Counted from the first letter of the stretch, positions 14,283 through 26,179 are shown. The stretch: 64,000 nt of DNA from Limnobaculum allomyrinae (GCF_016649425.1 NZ_JADRCR010000007.1:151934-215933), one strand, 5' to 3'. Numbers and translations are program-made. Notes: a model not told the origin generated them from the letters alone.

Positions 14283-15998
14283 ATGAAAACATTATTACCA
14301 TTTTTAGCCCTGTATCGTCGTCATTGGTTCCGTCTCTCTTTAGGGATTGTACTGGCTATTGTCACTATTTTAGCCAGTATCGGTCTGTTAACGCTTTCAG
14401 GATGGTTTCTGGCAGCATCGGCACTGGCAGGTATTGCCGGTATCCTGTTTAACTATATGTTACCGGCTGCTGGAGTACGTGGCTCTGCGATTTTCCGTAC
14501 AGCCGGACGTTATGCTGAGCGCGTAGTTACTCACGATGCCACTTTCCGTGTTCTGGCTCACCTGCGAACCTTCACTTTTAAGAAGCTGATGCCTCTTTCG
14601 CCTGCCGGTATTGCCCGTTTCCGTCAGGCAGAATTGCTTAACCGACTGGTGGCTGATGTAGAGACACTGGATCACCTCTACCTACGGCTTATCTCACCTC
14701 TGGTCAGCGCCATTGTCGTTATTATGGTGGTGACATTTGGTTTAAGCTGGCTGGATGTCTCTCTGGCATTTACGCTTGGTCTGATCATGCTGGTGTTGCT
14801 GTTCACTATTCCGGCTATCTTTTATCGGGCCGGTAAACCTGTGGGAGCAGATTTAACCGCATTACGCAGTGACTACCGGGGACAACTCACTTCATGGCTA
14901 CAGGGGCAATCTGAGCTGGTTATTTTTGGTGCTTTGACTGCATTTCGCCAAAAACTTGATGTGATTGAGCTTCGCTGGTTAGAACGTCAAAAGCAACAGG
15001 CTTCATTAGCCGGTTCATCACAATCTCTGATGATTGTGGCATCCGGATTAACTTTCGTTCTGATTCTCTGGATGGCAGCAGACGGAGTTGGTGACAATTC
15101 CCAGCCCGGAGCGCTTATCGCTCTGTTTGTATTTATTTCTCTGGCTGCCTTTGAAGCACTGGCTCCCGTTGCCGGAGCTTTCCAGCATTTAGGTCAGGTG
15201 ATGGCCTCTGCTGAACGCGTTAACCAGTTAATTGAACAAAAACCGGAAGTCACCTTCCCACATCATCAGACAGCTTTCGCGGAGCAAGCCTCGCTGTCAC
15301 TGGACAATGTAAGCTTCACCTATGAAAAGCAGCCTTTCCCGGCAATAAAGAATGTTTCATTGAATCTGCAATCCGGTGAGCATATCGCCCTATTGGGTCG
15401 TACTGGCTGTGGCAAGTCCACCCTGCTACAACTATTAACTCGCGCCTGGGATCCACAGCAAGGTACTATCCTACTTAACGATCGTCCTTTGACCGACTAT
15501 GATGAAGCCACTCTGCGGGAAATGATGGTGGTGGTTACCCAACGTGTTCATATCTTTAGCGCTACGTTACGTAACAACTTATTATTGGCCGCCCCTGATG
15601 CCAGTGATGAACAACTCACTTCTGCTCTGATTAAAGTAGGTCTTGATGCTTTACTGGAACAGGATGGACTCAATACATGGATAGGTGAAGGTGGTCGACA
15701 AATCTCCGGCGGCGAACAACGTCGTATCGGTTTAGCCAGGGCGCTGCTGCATAAGGCCCCGTTAATACTGCTGGATGAGCCTACAGAAGGGTTGGATGCC
15801 AACACAGAACATCAAATTCTGATGCTGTTAAAAGAACACTGCCAGCATAAGAGCGTTATCCTGATAACCCACCGCCTGTCAGGATTAGAACGAATGAATC
15901 AAATCTATGTAATGGATGCGGGTCGAATTATTGAACAGGGAACCCATCACAGTCTGCTGGAACAACAAGGTCAGTATTACCGTTTCCACCAACGTTAA
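14283..15998 (+). CDS. cydC: Cysteine/glutathione ABC exporter subunit CydC
   Basis: 571 aa; Walker A GRTGCGKST, signature ISGGEQRR, Walker B ILLDEPT. Its start overlaps the cydD stop, indicating coupling. Confidence 0.92.
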   Translation: MKTLLPFLALYRRHWFRLSLGIVLAIVTILASIGLLTLSGWFLAASALAGIAGILFNYMLPAAGVRGSAIFRTAGRYAERVVTHDATFRVLAHLRTFTFKKLMPLSPAGIARFRQAELLNRLVADVETLDHLYLRLISPLVSAIVVIMVVTFGLSWLDVSLAFTLGLIMLVLLFTIPAIFYRAGKPVGADLTALRSDYRGQLTSWLQGQSELVIFGALTAFRQKLDVIELRWLERQKQQASLAGSSQSLMIVASGLTFVLILWMAADGVGDNSQPGALIALFVFISLAAFEALAPVAGAFQHLGQVMASAERVNQLIEQKPEVTFPHHQTAFAEQASLSLDNVSFTYEKQPFPAIKNVSLNLQSGEHIALLGRTGCGKSTLLQLLTRAWDPQQGTILLNDRPLTDYDEATLREMMVVVTQRVHIFSATLRNNLLLAAPDASDEQLTSALIKVGLDALLEQDGLNTWIGEGGRQISGGEQRRIGLARALLHKAPLILLDEPTEGLDANTEHQILMLLKEHCQHKSVILITHRLSGLERMNQIYVMDAGRIIEQGTHHSLLEQQGQYYRFHQR

Positions 15999-16010
15999 TC
16001 TCCCCGTTCG

Positions 16011-16042
16011 CATTCCCCGGTAAGTCGCCGGGGAATCATTTT
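16011..16042. terminator. Bidirectional hairpin between convergent cydC and the 16036 gene
   Basis: ttccccgg-taagtcg-ccggggaa followed by tcattttg. It overlaps the stop of the minus-strand gene. Confidence 0.5.
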
Positions 16043-16755
16043 GCCTCAACCGTAATCATAGTGACATAAGGATAATGTTGGTAATACACCGGCGATTCAG
16101 GGGTATACATATTAGAAATGCTACCGTCCAGATAGAGTAAATCTCTTATCTTTAGCCGATCACGCGCATAGTAGGTAAAATCGTAAAAACTCATCGCCTG
16201 CTTACTGAGTAAAAACACGACCTTCCCTTTATCCGTAATTCCAACACCATGCCGAATTTTTCGGGATTCAGACGTATTGCTAAACTTATTATTAACCACA
16301 CCTTTGTTAATTAGTAGCGGGCCAGACTGCACGGCAAAATCAGCTACTGGTGTTAAGCGAAATTTTTCCAGCGTATCAATACGTACAACGCCATTACGCA
16401 CAGAAAACACACCGCCCGGACGAATGAAGAAATTACCTTTCCCTTTTTGCCGATTCAGCTTACTTAGTACTTTACCTTGCTCAATATAAAGTCCTTCTGG
16501 TTGGTAACTTTTGCTGTATATCCCACCGTTAATTACCATGTGGATTTGCCGAGTCTTCCCTTGCATATCCAATAAATTATTAATTGTTTTATACGGCGTT
16601 CCATCGTCTTTGAGCCAATACATGCGGATGGTTTCAGTTGCCAGATCTGGCGTATAGGTCAACATTACTGAATCCGAATCTGCCCGAGCAGCATGGGTCG
16701 CGACCAATAACATCACCATCATCAACACCCGAGCTAATTTATATTGTAATCCCAT
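16036..16755 (-). CDS. Secreted phosphodiester glycosidase family protein (DUF2233/NAGPA-like)
   Basis: Signal peptide (LLVATHAARADSD) and a conserved core (FFIRPGG...VQSGPLL...GVGI). Start chosen at MGLQYK. It lies between cydC and aat, where E. coli has no gene. Confidence 0.6.
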   Translation of the reverse strand: MGLQYKLARVLMMVMLLVATHAARADSDSVMLTYTPDLATETIRMYWLKDDGTPYKTINNLLDMQGKTRQIHMVINGGIYSKSYQPEGLYIEQGKVLSKLNRQKGKGNFFIRPGGVFSVRNGVVRIDTLEKFRLTPVADFAVQSGPLLINKGVVNNKFSNTSESRKIRHGVGITDKGKVVFLLSKQAMSFYDFTYYARDRLKIRDLLYLDGSISNMYTPESPVYYQHYPYVTMITVEAK

Positions 16756-16994
16756 CAAATAACCTCTGTTCCAGTATTCCGTTACCCACATGCTATGACG
16801 TTATGTCGCGGCACCAACTGCGATAATCTATTGCTGGCTGGCATTATACAATGGTAAATAGTGGTAAAGCGGGTCATTCTTCCCATTCAGGAATCTATTT
16901 GTCCTATCTCTCACCCATTTCTGGTAAACTAGCGTCCGTTGTTATTTGTCCGATAATTATCCTGAGAGATAATTTTGATAGGTTATACGTTATT

Positions 16995-17687
16995 ATGCCG
17001 CTGATTCAGCTATCGCCAGATTCCATCGATTTTCCACCGGTAAAGTATGCGCTGGAAGATCCTAATGGTTTGCTGGCGCTGGGTGGCGATCTCTCCCCGG
17101 AGAGACTACTGAATGCTTATCAGAATGGTATTTTTCCCTGGTTCAGTCCTGACGACCCAATATTATGGTGGTCACCCGATCCTCGAGCCATTCTGGTACC
17201 AGAACAGTTGCATGTCAGTCGTAGCATGATGAAATTTATTAGCAAGACATCCCTGCGTGTAACGTTGAATACCGCGTTTCATCAGGTGATTGAAGCCTGT
17301 GCCAGTGAGCGAGATGAAGGAACCTGGATTGATCCAACTATCCAGTATTCTTACATTCAGCTTTACCTACAAGGAGTGGCACATTCTGTTGAAGTATGGG
17401 ATCAACAGAAACTGGTGGGGGGCTTGTACGGTGTTGAACAAGGTTCGCTATTTTGTGGCGAGTCGATGTTCAGTCGTCAAACTAACGCTTCCAAACTGGC
17501 TTTATACGTATTTTGTCAGCATTTTATTCGCCATGGTGGTAGATTAATCGACTGTCAGATTTTAAATCCCCATACTGAGTCATTGGGCGCTACCGAGATC
17601 CCTCGCTCAGATTATTTACAATTTTTATACAAATTACAGCAACAGCCGCTCTCTCCGGCCTGTTGGGCTCCTCAAGATTTGCGTTGA
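16995..17687 (+). CDS. aat: Leucyl/phenylalanyl-tRNA--protein transferase
   Basis: Start set at [15 protein letters not shown] (ATG 16995), which aligns with the E. coli Aat N-terminus (MRLVQLSRHSIAFP). The 48 upstream in-frame codons in the ORF track are likely untranslated. Conserved [20 protein letters not shown] motif. Confidence 0.85.
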   Translation: MPLIQLSPDSIDFPPVKYALEDPNGLLALGGDLSPERLLNAYQNGIFPWFSPDDPILWWSPDPRAILVPEQLHVSRSMMKFISKTSLRVTLNTAFHQVIEACASERDEGTWIDPTIQYSYIQLYLQGVAHSVEVWDQQKLVGGLYGVEQGSLFCGESMFSRQTNASKLALYVFCQHFIRHGGRLIDCQILNPHTESLGATEIPRSDYLQFLYKLQQQPLSPACWAPQDLR

Positions 17688-17809
17688 AACCATCATATGA
17701 TGAGCCAACAGAGTGAAAATAAAGCAGCTTAACCTGCTTTTCTTTACACTCTGTCCTTTACACTTTGCTCGTTTTTCGGCATTATCTTGCCGGTTAAAAA
17801 CTAAGGTAG

Positions 17810-18046
<237 letters not shown>

Positions 18047-18096
18047 TAAACGGTACTCCGCATTCATATTGCGGAACCCGTTGGAGTTAATCTCCT

Positions 18097-18130
18097 GCGC
18101 CCTTACCTGTTGGCAAGGGCGTTTTATTTA
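18097..18130 (+). terminator. Rho-independent terminator after infA (also downstream of convergent clpA)
   Basis: gcgccctt-acctgttggc-aagggcg followed by ttttattta. Confidence 0.65.
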
Positions 18131-18141
18131 CAGTTAATGGA

Positions 18142-20424
18142 TTACTGGACGGCCTTCTCAATTTTCGGTTTTTTCATTTTCTCAAACCGATAAGCCAGGT
18201 CATTTGCCTGAGTATCCAGCGTTACACTGACTGAACCACCGTTCACTAAAGAGCCAAACAACAGTTCATTAGTTAATGGTTTCTTCAAATGTTCCTGAAT
18301 AGCTCTGGCCATCGGACGGGCTCCCATCGCTTTGTCGTAGCCTTTTTCAGCTAACCAGTGACGAGCATCCTGACTGACTTCCAGAGAAATTCCCTTGGCA
18401 TCCAACTGTGCCTGCAACTCAACAATAAACTTGTCTACCACCAGTTGAATCACTTCCGCTGACAAATGGTTAAACCAAATGATACCGTCTAAACGGTTAC
18501 GGAATTCCGGTGTAAACAGACGTTTAATTTCACCCATTGCGTCAGTACGATTATCCTGATGTTTAAAACCAATGGACTCTCGCTGAGTTTCCTGAACCCC
18601 GGCGTTGGTAGTCATTACCAGAATCACATTGCGGAAATCAGCTTTACGGCCATTGTTATCCGTCAACGTACCGTTATCCATTACTTGCAGCAACAGGTTG
18701 AATACATCCGGATGGGCCTTCTCAATTTCATCCAACAGCAGAACCGAATGAGGATGTTTAATTACCGCATCAGTAAGTAAGCCGCCTTGATCGAAACCTA
18801 CATAGCCAGGAGGCGCACCAATCAAACGGCTGACGGTGTGGCGCTCCATATACTCGGACATATCAAAACGCAGCAGCTCAACGCCCAGCGCCTTTGCCAG
18901 CTGTACAGTAACTTCGGTTTTACCCACACCGGTTGGGCCGGCAAACAAGAATGAACCTACCGGTTTGCGCTCATCCCCTAACCCTGCACGGCTCATTTTG
19001 ATAGCTTCAGTCAGAGCGTTAATCGCTTTATCCTGACCGAAAATCATCATGCCCATACGTTCAGCTAAGGTTTTCAACACAGTACGATCGTTAGCCGAAA
19101 CGGTTTTCTCCGGAATGCGGGCAATACGAGCAACGATGGTTTCGATATCGCTGACGTTGACCGTCTTCTTACGTTTGCTGGCTGGCATTAAGCGGCAATA
19201 GGCTCCAGCCTCATCGATCACATCGATGGCTTTATCCGGCAGATGACGGTCGTTAATATATTTCACCGACAATTCAACCGCTGCGCGAATCGCTTTAGCG
19301 GTATAACGCACGTCATGGTGTTTTTCATACTTCGGCTTCAGCCCGGTAAGAATTTGCACCGTTTCTTCTGCGGTAGGCTCAGTAATATCGATTTTTTGGA
19401 AACGACGTGCCAAAGCACGATCCTTTTCAAAGATATTGCTGAATTCCTGATAGGTGGTTGAACCCATCACCCGAATACGTCCATTGGAAAGCATTGGTTT
19501 AATCAGGTTTGCTACATCAACCTGACCGCCTGACGCCGCACCGGCACCAATAATGGTGTGGATCTCATCAATAAACAGAATGCTGTTTTTATCTGCTTCA
19601 AGCTGCTTTAAAAGCGCTTTGAAACGTTTTTCAAAATCACCACGGTACTTGGTACCAGCCAGTAATGAGCCAATATCCAGAGAGTACACGGTGCAATCCG
19701 CCACCGCTTCAGGAACATCTCCCTGAACAATTCGCCATGCCAAGCCTTCGGCAATAGCGGTTTTACCCACGCCAGATTCACCAACTAATAATGGGTTGTT
19801 TTTACGACGGCGGCATAAAACCTGAATAGTACGTTCCAGTTCCATCTCCCGACCAATTAACGGATCGATACTGCCGTTTTGAGCTAATTGATTCAGATTG
19901 GACGTAAAGTTATCCATGCGATCTTCTGCACTGGTTTGTTCATCTTCACTGGGAATAGAGCCTTGAGGGCCAATATCATCCTGTGATCCATCTTTACGGG
20001 TACCGTGAGAAATAAAGTTCACAATATCCAGACGGCTGACATCATGTTTACGCAGTAAATAGGCCGCGTGGGATTCTTGCTCGCTAAAAATAGCCACCAG
20101 CACATTAGCGCCGCTGACTTCGGTTCTGCCAGATGACTGGACATGAAATACTGCACGTTGCAGCACCCGCTGGAAGCTCAGGGTTGGCTGAGTTTCAGAC
20201 TCGGGACTGCCATCCGGTAAGTGAGGCGTGTTCTGTCCAATAAATGACTCGAGTTCGTGATGTAACGCGACAATATCTACCTGACAGGCTTCAAGTGCCT
20301 CTCTCGCTGCCGGATTGCTCAATAATGCCAGCAACAGATGTTCGACGGTCAGGTATTCATGACGCTGTTCCCTGGCTGTAGCAAACGCCATGTTGAGACT
20401 GAGTTCCAGTTCTTGATTAAGCAT
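18142..20424 (-). CDS. clpA: ATP-dependent Clp protease ATP-binding subunit ClpA
   Basis: Start set at [14 protein letters not shown] (ATG 20424), matching E. coli ClpA. The ORF track's extra MEVP comes from an upstream GTG. Two AAA+ modules are present (GESGVGKT and GPTGVGKT). Confidence 0.95.
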   Translation of the reverse strand: MLNQELELSLNMAFATAREQRHEYLTVEHLLLALLSNPAAREALEACQVDIVALHHELESFIGQNTPHLPDGSPESETQPTLSFQRVLQRAVFHVQSSGRTEVSGANVLVAIFSEQESHAAYLLRKHDVSRLDIVNFISHGTRKDGSQDDIGPQGSIPSEDEQTSAEDRMDNFTSNLNQLAQNGSIDPLIGREMELERTIQVLCRRRKNNPLLVGESGVGKTAIAEGLAWRIVQGDVPEAVADCTVYSLDIGSLLAGTKYRGDFEKRFKALLKQLEADKNSILFIDEIHTIIGAGAASGGQVDVANLIKPMLSNGRIRVMGSTTYQEFSNIFEKDRALARRFQKIDITEPTAEETVQILTGLKPKYEKHHDVRYTAKAIRAAVELSVKYINDRHLPDKAIDVIDEAGAYCRLMPASKRKKTVNVSDIETIVARIARIPEKTVSANDRTVLKTLAERMGMMIFGQDKAINALTEAIKMSRAGLGDERKPVGSFLFAGPTGVGKTEVTVQLAKALGVELLRFDMSEYMERHTVSRLIGAPPGYVGFDQGGLLTDAVIKHPHSVLLLDEIEKAHPDVFNLLLQVMDNGTLTDNNGRKADFRNVILVMTTNAGVQETQRESIGFKHQDNRTDAMGEIKRLFTPEFRNRLDGIIWFNHLSAEVIQLVVDKFIVELQAQLDAKGISLEVSQDARHWLAEKGYDKAMGARPMARAIQEHLKKPLTNELLFGSLVNGGSVSVTLDTQANDLAYRFEKMKKPKIEKAVQ

Positions 20425-20449
20425 GGGCACCTCCACATAAATGACCTTT

Positions 20450-20782
20450 TCAGGCTTTTTCTAACGTACACAACAATGGATGCTCATTCTCTCGCGCGTA
20501 GCGATTAATTTGCGTTACCTTCGTTTCTGCAATCTCTGCAGTAAAGACTCCACACGTTGCCTTACCTTGATAATGAACGATTAACATCAATTGTGTTGCC
20601 CGTTCAATGTCATAGGAGAAGAATTTCTGTAACACCTCCACCACAAATTCCATCGGCGTATAGTCATCATTATTCAGTATAACCTGATACATCGGAGGTG
20701 GTTGTTTCAGCTTCTCATCTAATTCTGAGTCAGCCAGCTCTTCCAAGCTTAGCCAATCGCGTAAATTATTCATTTCCAACAT
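20450..20782 (-). CDS. clpS: ATP-dependent Clp protease adaptor ClpS
   Basis: Conserved core [27 protein letters not shown]...[12 protein letters not shown]. The start could instead be the ATG 9 nt downstream (MNNLRDW). Confidence 0.9.
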   Translation of the reverse strand: MLEMNNLRDWLSLEELADSELDEKLKQPPPMYQVILNNDDYTPMEFVVEVLQKFFSYDIERATQLMLIVHYQGKATCGVFTAEIAETKVTQINRYARENEHPLLCTLEKA

Positions 20783-21209
20783 GCCGTTTTACTCTGGTAC
20801 TTACCCTGATGGGATATCTGTCAGATAGTTTGCCTGAGTTGATAAAAGAATGGTGATTATACGTGAAACCACCCCTGACTTCGCCGGTTGCGTCGGAATT
20901 TACCGACCCAATTACCGCTATCTGAGACAGCTCTGACTTGCAGAGCAAGAATATATCTATGGATATACCGTCAGGCAGCGCACAGATTTTTCTGTTACTG
21001 CTTTTACTGAATAATGACTTTTTATCACATGATAATCAAAATGTTTTGACCTCTTAAAGCAATAATAAGTTCGTTATCTGGGGATAAGTGGCAGCCAAAA
21101 TAAAAAAGGAAATTCACACAAAATAACATTTGGATACAAAATCACGGTCTGAACGCTGAAATATTAACCATTCATGCCACGTTCAGACCGCTAAAGTGAT
21201 AGATAAAAC

Positions 21210-22880
21210 TTAATTACCAGCCCGGCCTCGAGCCAGCCATAAAATACGAGAAAACATACGCTTTAGTAGCGGAGGAATACTTTCTGTTCCCATCTGCCCT
21301 GCCCGTTCAGCTACCTCAATAGCCAGATCGGGTTTAGAACTGTGTTGAATCGCTTTACTAATAATTTTACGCATTGGCATATGAACATTAGAAGGAATCC
21401 CTGCCGCTTCGTAATAAACGTTGCTAAACCCTTCTTTGAACATAAAATTCTCCATATCCAGCGCCGGTAATTGAGTCAAACGCTCCCGATCGCTATCTCC
21501 ACCACCATTAATAAATGAACGAACCGTATCGGCGTATTTTTTGCCAGCATCATCACCGTCCACCAGCACGTGCCACTCGATTCCCATCTTACTGGCATAT
21601 TTTAATAAGGGTCGTAAACCACTTTGCGCAAATTCAATGACCTTAATACCTTCCGTTTCAAAGTGATATCCACACTGACGCGCCAGTTCGGTCAATAACC
21701 ATACTTCAGTTTCCCCTTCCACCAACAGCCAGCTACGGGCAAACAGTGAAGAGGCTCGGTTTAAACGAATATGAAACGAAATACGTCTGCGTTCCTGAAT
21801 ATTCAACTCACCCGCCTCAATTCTAAAAGCGGCGACTCTATTAGACTGACGCACTAAACGATAGACACTCTCCAGAGGTACCAGAGAAAGTAAATCCCCT
21901 GAGTTGGTGGTAGTGATCTTTTGCAGCGGTAGATTATTCAGCAACCCCCAAGCCGCAGATAACATAATCGGGTGTAGCCGACTTTCCGGATCTTCAATCA
22001 GCAGTAAAGGTACCGCTTTGGCATCCAGGTTTTCCGTGCCTCTGGCCTGAATCAAGGTTGAAAACACTCCCAGCAAAATCATACGCATATTGCGACTTTC
22101 GGGTTCAGAAATAAGCTGATTCAGGTAGTTTAATGATTGCCACAATTGCGTGTTATGACGGTACTTCTCATCCTTATAACGGATATTTTCACTGCTTTCT
22201 TTGGCATTCAAGGCGATAAAGTAGTGTTTAAGCAAAGCGTGAATCGCCTGTAATCCCTGTTTCAAATCCTTATTGCTTAACTTTTGAGGATTACACTCGA
22301 GTTCTTCCGCCAGTCTGGCTAATTGTTGACTTAATGCTTCGTTTTCCTGTTCCTGCAACTGTGCTGTTTCCTGACGGAAACGTCGGCCAAAACGGGCATC
22401 CCGTAATCGTAATACCGGATGCAGGCGAACAATCTCACGGGCTAATACATCAATATGATCCAGTTCCATGGCATGACCAGCTGCATCCAGAAAAGAACGA
22501 GCTGTTATTACATTGCCCTCTTTCTGAACCTCACCCTCCAGACGATAGAGAATTCGAGACAGTCCATCATTGCCTTTTATCCATAATGGGGAAAGCTTGC
22601 GAAACTTAGGCATCTCCGGAGAATCAACTTCTCGGGCACAGAAGGTAAAGACCATATGTAAATGGTCCTGACGGGATGATTCATTTCCCATCGGATAATG
22701 AAAATCCTGCAATTTAAAAGAGTAAAGATCGCTACCGGGAGAAAAGAGCAGCGTTAATGCATCCAGCAGGCTTGATTTACCCCAGGCATTTTCACCAATT
22801 AACACTACGTTTTCATTTAACGTCAGCGACAGGCGATTAATTCCTCTGAATCCTACTATTTCAACGCGCTCTAAATACAT
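21210..22880 (-). CDS. ybjD: OLD-family ATP-dependent endonuclease (YbjD-like: ABC-type ATPase N-terminus, Toprim C-terminus)
   Basis: 556 aa; N-terminal Walker A GENAWGKSSLLDA and a C-terminal Toprim-like acidic cluster (WLLVEGETE). Its position next to lysO/hcp matches E. coli ybjD. Confidence 0.8.
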   Translation of the reverse strand: MYLERVEIVGFRGINRLSLTLNENVVLIGENAWGKSSLLDALTLLFSPGSDLYSFKLQDFHYPMGNESSRQDHLHMVFTFCAREVDSPEMPKFRKLSPLWIKGNDGLSRILYRLEGEVQKEGNVITARSFLDAAGHAMELDHIDVLAREIVRLHPVLRLRDARFGRRFRQETAQLQEQENEALSQQLARLAEELECNPQKLSNKDLKQGLQAIHALLKHYFIALNAKESSENIRYKDEKYRHNTQLWQSLNYLNQLISEPESRNMRMILLGVFSTLIQARGTENLDAKAVPLLLIEDPESRLHPIMLSAAWGLLNNLPLQKITTTNSGDLLSLVPLESVYRLVRQSNRVAAFRIEAGELNIQERRRISFHIRLNRASSLFARSWLLVEGETEVWLLTELARQCGYHFETEGIKVIEFAQSGLRPLLKYASKMGIEWHVLVDGDDAGKKYADTVRSFINGGGDSDRERLTQLPALDMENFMFKEGFSNVYYEAAGIPSNVHMPMRKIISKAIQHSSKPDLAIEVAERAGQMGTESIPPLLKRMFSRILWLARGRAGN

Positions 22881-23124
22881 ATCATCTCACTTAGCCTGCG
22901 GCAGAAAGTGTTTTGTCTTACCTATAATTTACTGAGTAACAAGATAATTATATGTTAGCCAACGCTAAAAACTATAAACCCAATGAAAATAACTGGCTGA
23001 ATAGCAATGAATCATTCTTTAATTCTTTCTATACGTGGCACTTTACTCCCCCCACACTTTTAGTTAGCGTATAAATTCATTAACTAAAACTAAACAAAAT
23101 CAGATGGCTTACTACCAATAAACT

Positions 23125-24027
23125 ATGTATTCAGGTCTAATCATTATTCTGCTGCCGCTGGTTATCGGTTATCTGATCCCAGTCAAAAGTTTGCCTTTAT
23201 TACGGCGTATTAACCGTCTGTTAAGCGCGATGGTGTACGTTATTTTATTTTTTATGGGTATCAGCCTGGCGTTTCTCGATAACCTGAGCGCTAATTTACA
23301 GATGATCTTTCTGTATGCCGGCGTATTTTTTGTCTGTATTTTTATTGCCAACGTACTGGCGTTAAAACTGCTGGATAAACAATGGCCATGGAAAAATAAT
23401 CATCGCCAGGAAAAGCTCCCCTCTCGTCTGCATATGGCGCTGGAGTCATTACAGCTTTGTGGCGTGGTAGTTCTCGGATTTTTGTTAGGATTAAGCCAGT
23501 GGTGTTGGTTCACCTACGCTTCTCGAGCCAGCGAATTTGCATTGATATTTCTGCTATTACTGGTGGGTATCCAGCTTAGAAATAGCGGTATGACACTAAA
23601 AGAGATCACACTAAATAAGCGTGGAATGGTGATTGCTCTGGTAGTCACCGTCAGCGCATTGGCTGGCGGAGCACTGGCGGCGTTGTTGCTTGGATTGCCA
23701 ATAAAACATGGTCTGGCCATCTCTTCGGCTTACGGCTGGTATTCCCTGTCGGGTATTTTACTTACCGACTCTCTCGGCCCGGTACTCGGGAGTGCTGCTT
23801 TCTTTAATGACCTCGCCAGAGAGCTGGTGGCTATTATGTTGATTCCCACGCTGGTACGCTCCAGCCCTTCTGCTGCCCTCGGCGTTTGCGGCGCAACCTC
23901 CATGGATTTCACCCTCCCGGTGCTGCAACGCAGCGGCGGCGTTGAAATGATCCCCCCGGCAATCGTACATGGATTTATTCTTAGTTTGCTGGCCCCGGTG
24001 TTGATGGCGTTTTTTGCTGCTCCCTAA
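23125..24027 (+). CDS. lysO: Lysine exporter LysO (YbjE)
   Basis: 300-aa polytopic membrane protein colinear with E. coli YbjE (MFSGLLIILVPL...GATSMDFTLPVLQR). Confidence 0.88.
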   Translation: MYSGLIIILLPLVIGYLIPVKSLPLLRRINRLLSAMVYVILFFMGISLAFLDNLSANLQMIFLYAGVFFVCIFIANVLALKLLDKQWPWKNNHRQEKLPSRLHMALESLQLCGVVVLGFLLGLSQWCWFTYASRASEFALIFLLLLVGIQLRNSGMTLKEITLNKRGMVIALVVTVSALAGGALAALLLGLPIKHGLAISSAYGWYSLSGILLTDSLGPVLGSAAFFNDLARELVAIMLIPTLVRSSPSAALGVCGATSMDFTLPVLQRSGGVEMIPPAIVHGFILSLLAPVLMAFFAAP

Positions 24028-24059
24028 ACTTGCCCTTAATCTCTTAATTCTTAGCCTTT

Positions 24060-24340
24060 GACCTTTAAGAGCACTGGAATTCAGCTGACGACTGAGAGAG
24101 GGTAGCACGCCCAACATGGATGTTTGGCGAGGCACTGCTTCGCCTGACAAAATTGCAGGAGCAATTTTGAACAGCACAACGTGCTGGCCCCGTAGGGGTG
24201 AGCCTCATGGATGAGGCGAATAAACCGAAGCAGTGCCGGTGCGTAAGCCCGAACGAAGGAGGAAGGTAGTCGCATAGCGACCTGGATTCGGGTGCGAAAG
24301 CGCGGGATTGTTAAGGGGGTTCGCCAACCCCCTTAACTCG
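24060..24340. repeat. GC-rich structured intergenic element (nested inverted repeats; possible MITE/REP-like element or ncRNA)
   Basis: About 58% GC in an AT-rich intergenic region. Internal inverted pair ggcactgcttcgcc / ccgaagcagtgccgg; duplicated catggatg motif; perfect 9-bp stem ttaaggggg-ttcgccaa-cccccttaa at 24311-24338. Only spurious overlapping minus-strand ORFs cover it. Confidence 0.45.
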
Positions 24341-24529
24341 GCCACGTATTCCACGGTTAATTCATACTCTGCACTATTAGTGGTCGAAACTTTCTCATTA
24401 CTCAACCCATCCTTTTTTTGATTTAAATCAACAACAGTTAAAGTTGCATTTAAAATACCTTTTTAACCTTCACCCATCGTCTTATGATAAACATGAATTC
24501 AAAATACAACTTATAAAGGTGTCATGATT

Positions 24530-26179
24530 ATGTACTGCGTACAATGTGAACAAACGATCCGCACCCCTGCCGGCAACGGCTGCTCTTATGCACAAGGTAT
24601 GTGTGGAAAAACAGCTGAAGTATCTGACCTGCAAGACCTGCTGGTGGCCGTGTTGGAAGGCTTGTCAGCATGGGCAGTCAAAGCTCGGGATTTAGGTATT
24701 ATCGATCATCATGTTGATGCGTTCGCGCCAAAAGCCTTCTTCTCGACCTTAACTAACGTCAACTTTGAATCTGACCGCATTATTGGCTATGCCCGCGATG
24801 CCATTATCCTGCGTGAATCTTTGGTTAGCCGTTGTCGTGTAATTGATAGCAACCTGCAACTGGATCATCCAATGGCAAATCTGCAACTGGCCGCCACGCT
24901 GCCAGCTATTTTGCAACAGGCTACCGAATTTGCGCTGAACAAAGATAAAGCTGAAATTGGTGACGATATTCACGGCTTACGTATGCTGTGTCTGTATGGT
25001 CTGAAAGGTGCTGCTGCCTACATGGAACATGCGCTGGTTCTCGGTCAGCATGACGACGCCATTTATGCCGAATATCACCAGCTAATGGCGTGGTTAGGTA
25101 CCAATCCAACGGATATGGCCACCTTACTGGATAACGCCATGAATATTGGCAAAATGAATTTCAAGATCATGGCGATTCTTGACCATGGCGAAACCAGCAT
25201 TTATGGCGATCCTACCCCTACATCGGTTAACGTCAAACCGGTTGCCGGTAAAGCGATCCTGATATCGGGTCACGACCTGAAAGACCTACAAATGCTGTTA
25301 CAACAAACAGAAGGCACCGGTATCAATATCTATACCCATGGAGAAATGCTTCCGGCCCATGGTTATCCTGAACTGCGCAAATATAAGCATCTGGTAGGTA
25401 ACTACGGCAGCGGCTGGCAAAATCAACAAACCGAGTTTGCCAAATTCCCGGGGCCTATTGTGATGACGTCAAACTGTATTATCGATCCTAATCCGGGTAA
25501 TTATATTGACCGTATCTGGACTCGCAGCATTGTCGGCTGGCCGGGAGCAAAACATCTTGAAGGTGATGACTTCAGTGCCATCATCGCTCAGGCTCACTCT
25601 CTGGCAGGTTTTCCTTATAGCGAAATCGAGCACTTAATCACCGTTGGTTTTGGTCGCCAGACTTTGCTCAATGCCGCAGATACCGTGATTGATTTAGTAT
25701 CACAGAAAAAGCTACATCACGTATTTCTGGTTGGTGGCTGTGACGGTAGTCGCGGTGAACGTAGCTATTACACCGATTTTGCCCGTAGCGTTCCGCAAGA
25801 CTGTCTGATCATGACGCTGGCCTGTGGTAAATATCGCTTTAACAAACTGGACTTTGGTACGCTGGAAGGGTTGCCTCGTTTACTGGATGTTGGTCAGTGT
25901 AATGATGCTTACTCCGCTATCATGTTGGCGGTTAAGCTGTCCGAAAAACTGGGTTGTACCGTTAATGATTTACCGTTGACTCTGGTACTTTCATGGTTTG
26001 AACAGAAAGCTATTGTCATCTTATTAACCTTACTGGCACTGGGTGTTAAAGACATCTATACCGGCCCAACAGCACCAGGTTTCCTGACGGATAACTTGTT
26101 AAATGTACTGAAAGAGAATTTTGGTATGCGTTCTATTACCACCGTAGAACAAGATATCAATGAAATTTTGGCTGCCTGA
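24530..26179 (+). CDS. hcp: Hydroxylamine reductase / hybrid-cluster protein
   Basis: Start chosen at MYCVQCEQT (SD aaggtg 8 nt upstream). N-terminal Cys motif CVQCEQT...C...C with the hybrid-cluster fold. Followed by hcr as in E. coli. Confidence 0.92.
   Translation: MYCVQCEQTIRTPAGNGCSYAQGMCGKTAEVSDLQDLLVAVLEGLSAWAVKARDLGIIDHHVDAFAPKAFFSTLTNVNFESDRIIGYARDAIILRESLVSRCRVIDSNLQLDHPMANLQLAATLPAILQQATEFALNKDKAEIGDDIHGLRMLCLYGLKGAAAYMEHALVLGQHDDAIYAEYHQLMAWLGTNPTDMATLLDNAMNIGKMNFKIMAILDHGETSIYGDPTPTSVNVKPVAGKAILISGHDLKDLQMLLQQTEGTGINIYTHGEMLPAHGYPELRKYKHLVGNYGSGWQNQQTEFAKFPGPIVMTSNCIIDPNPGNYIDRIWTRSIVGWPGAKHLEGDDFSAIIAQAHSLAGFPYSEIEHLITVGFGRQTLLNAADTVIDLVSQKKLHHVFLVGGCDGSRGERSYYTDFARSVPQDCLIMTLACGKYRFNKLDFGTLEGLPRLLDVGQCNDAYSAIMLAVKLSEKLGCTVNDLPLTLVLSWFEQKAIVILLTLLALGVKDIYTGPTAPGFLTDNLLNVLKENFGMRSITTVEQDINEILAA

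Noticed and set aside
21210-22880. OLD-family nuclease as a Gabija (GajA) defence gene
   Set aside because: There is no GajB-like helicase neighbour. Its position and size match the conserved chromosomal ybjD, so it is core backbone rather than an island-borne system.
24081-24405. Minus-strand ORFs 24081-24275 and 24205-24405 as real small proteins
   Set aside because: They lie across the GC-rich structured element and overlap each other in different frames. Their high GC inflates ORF length. I treated the region as a non-coding structured element instead.
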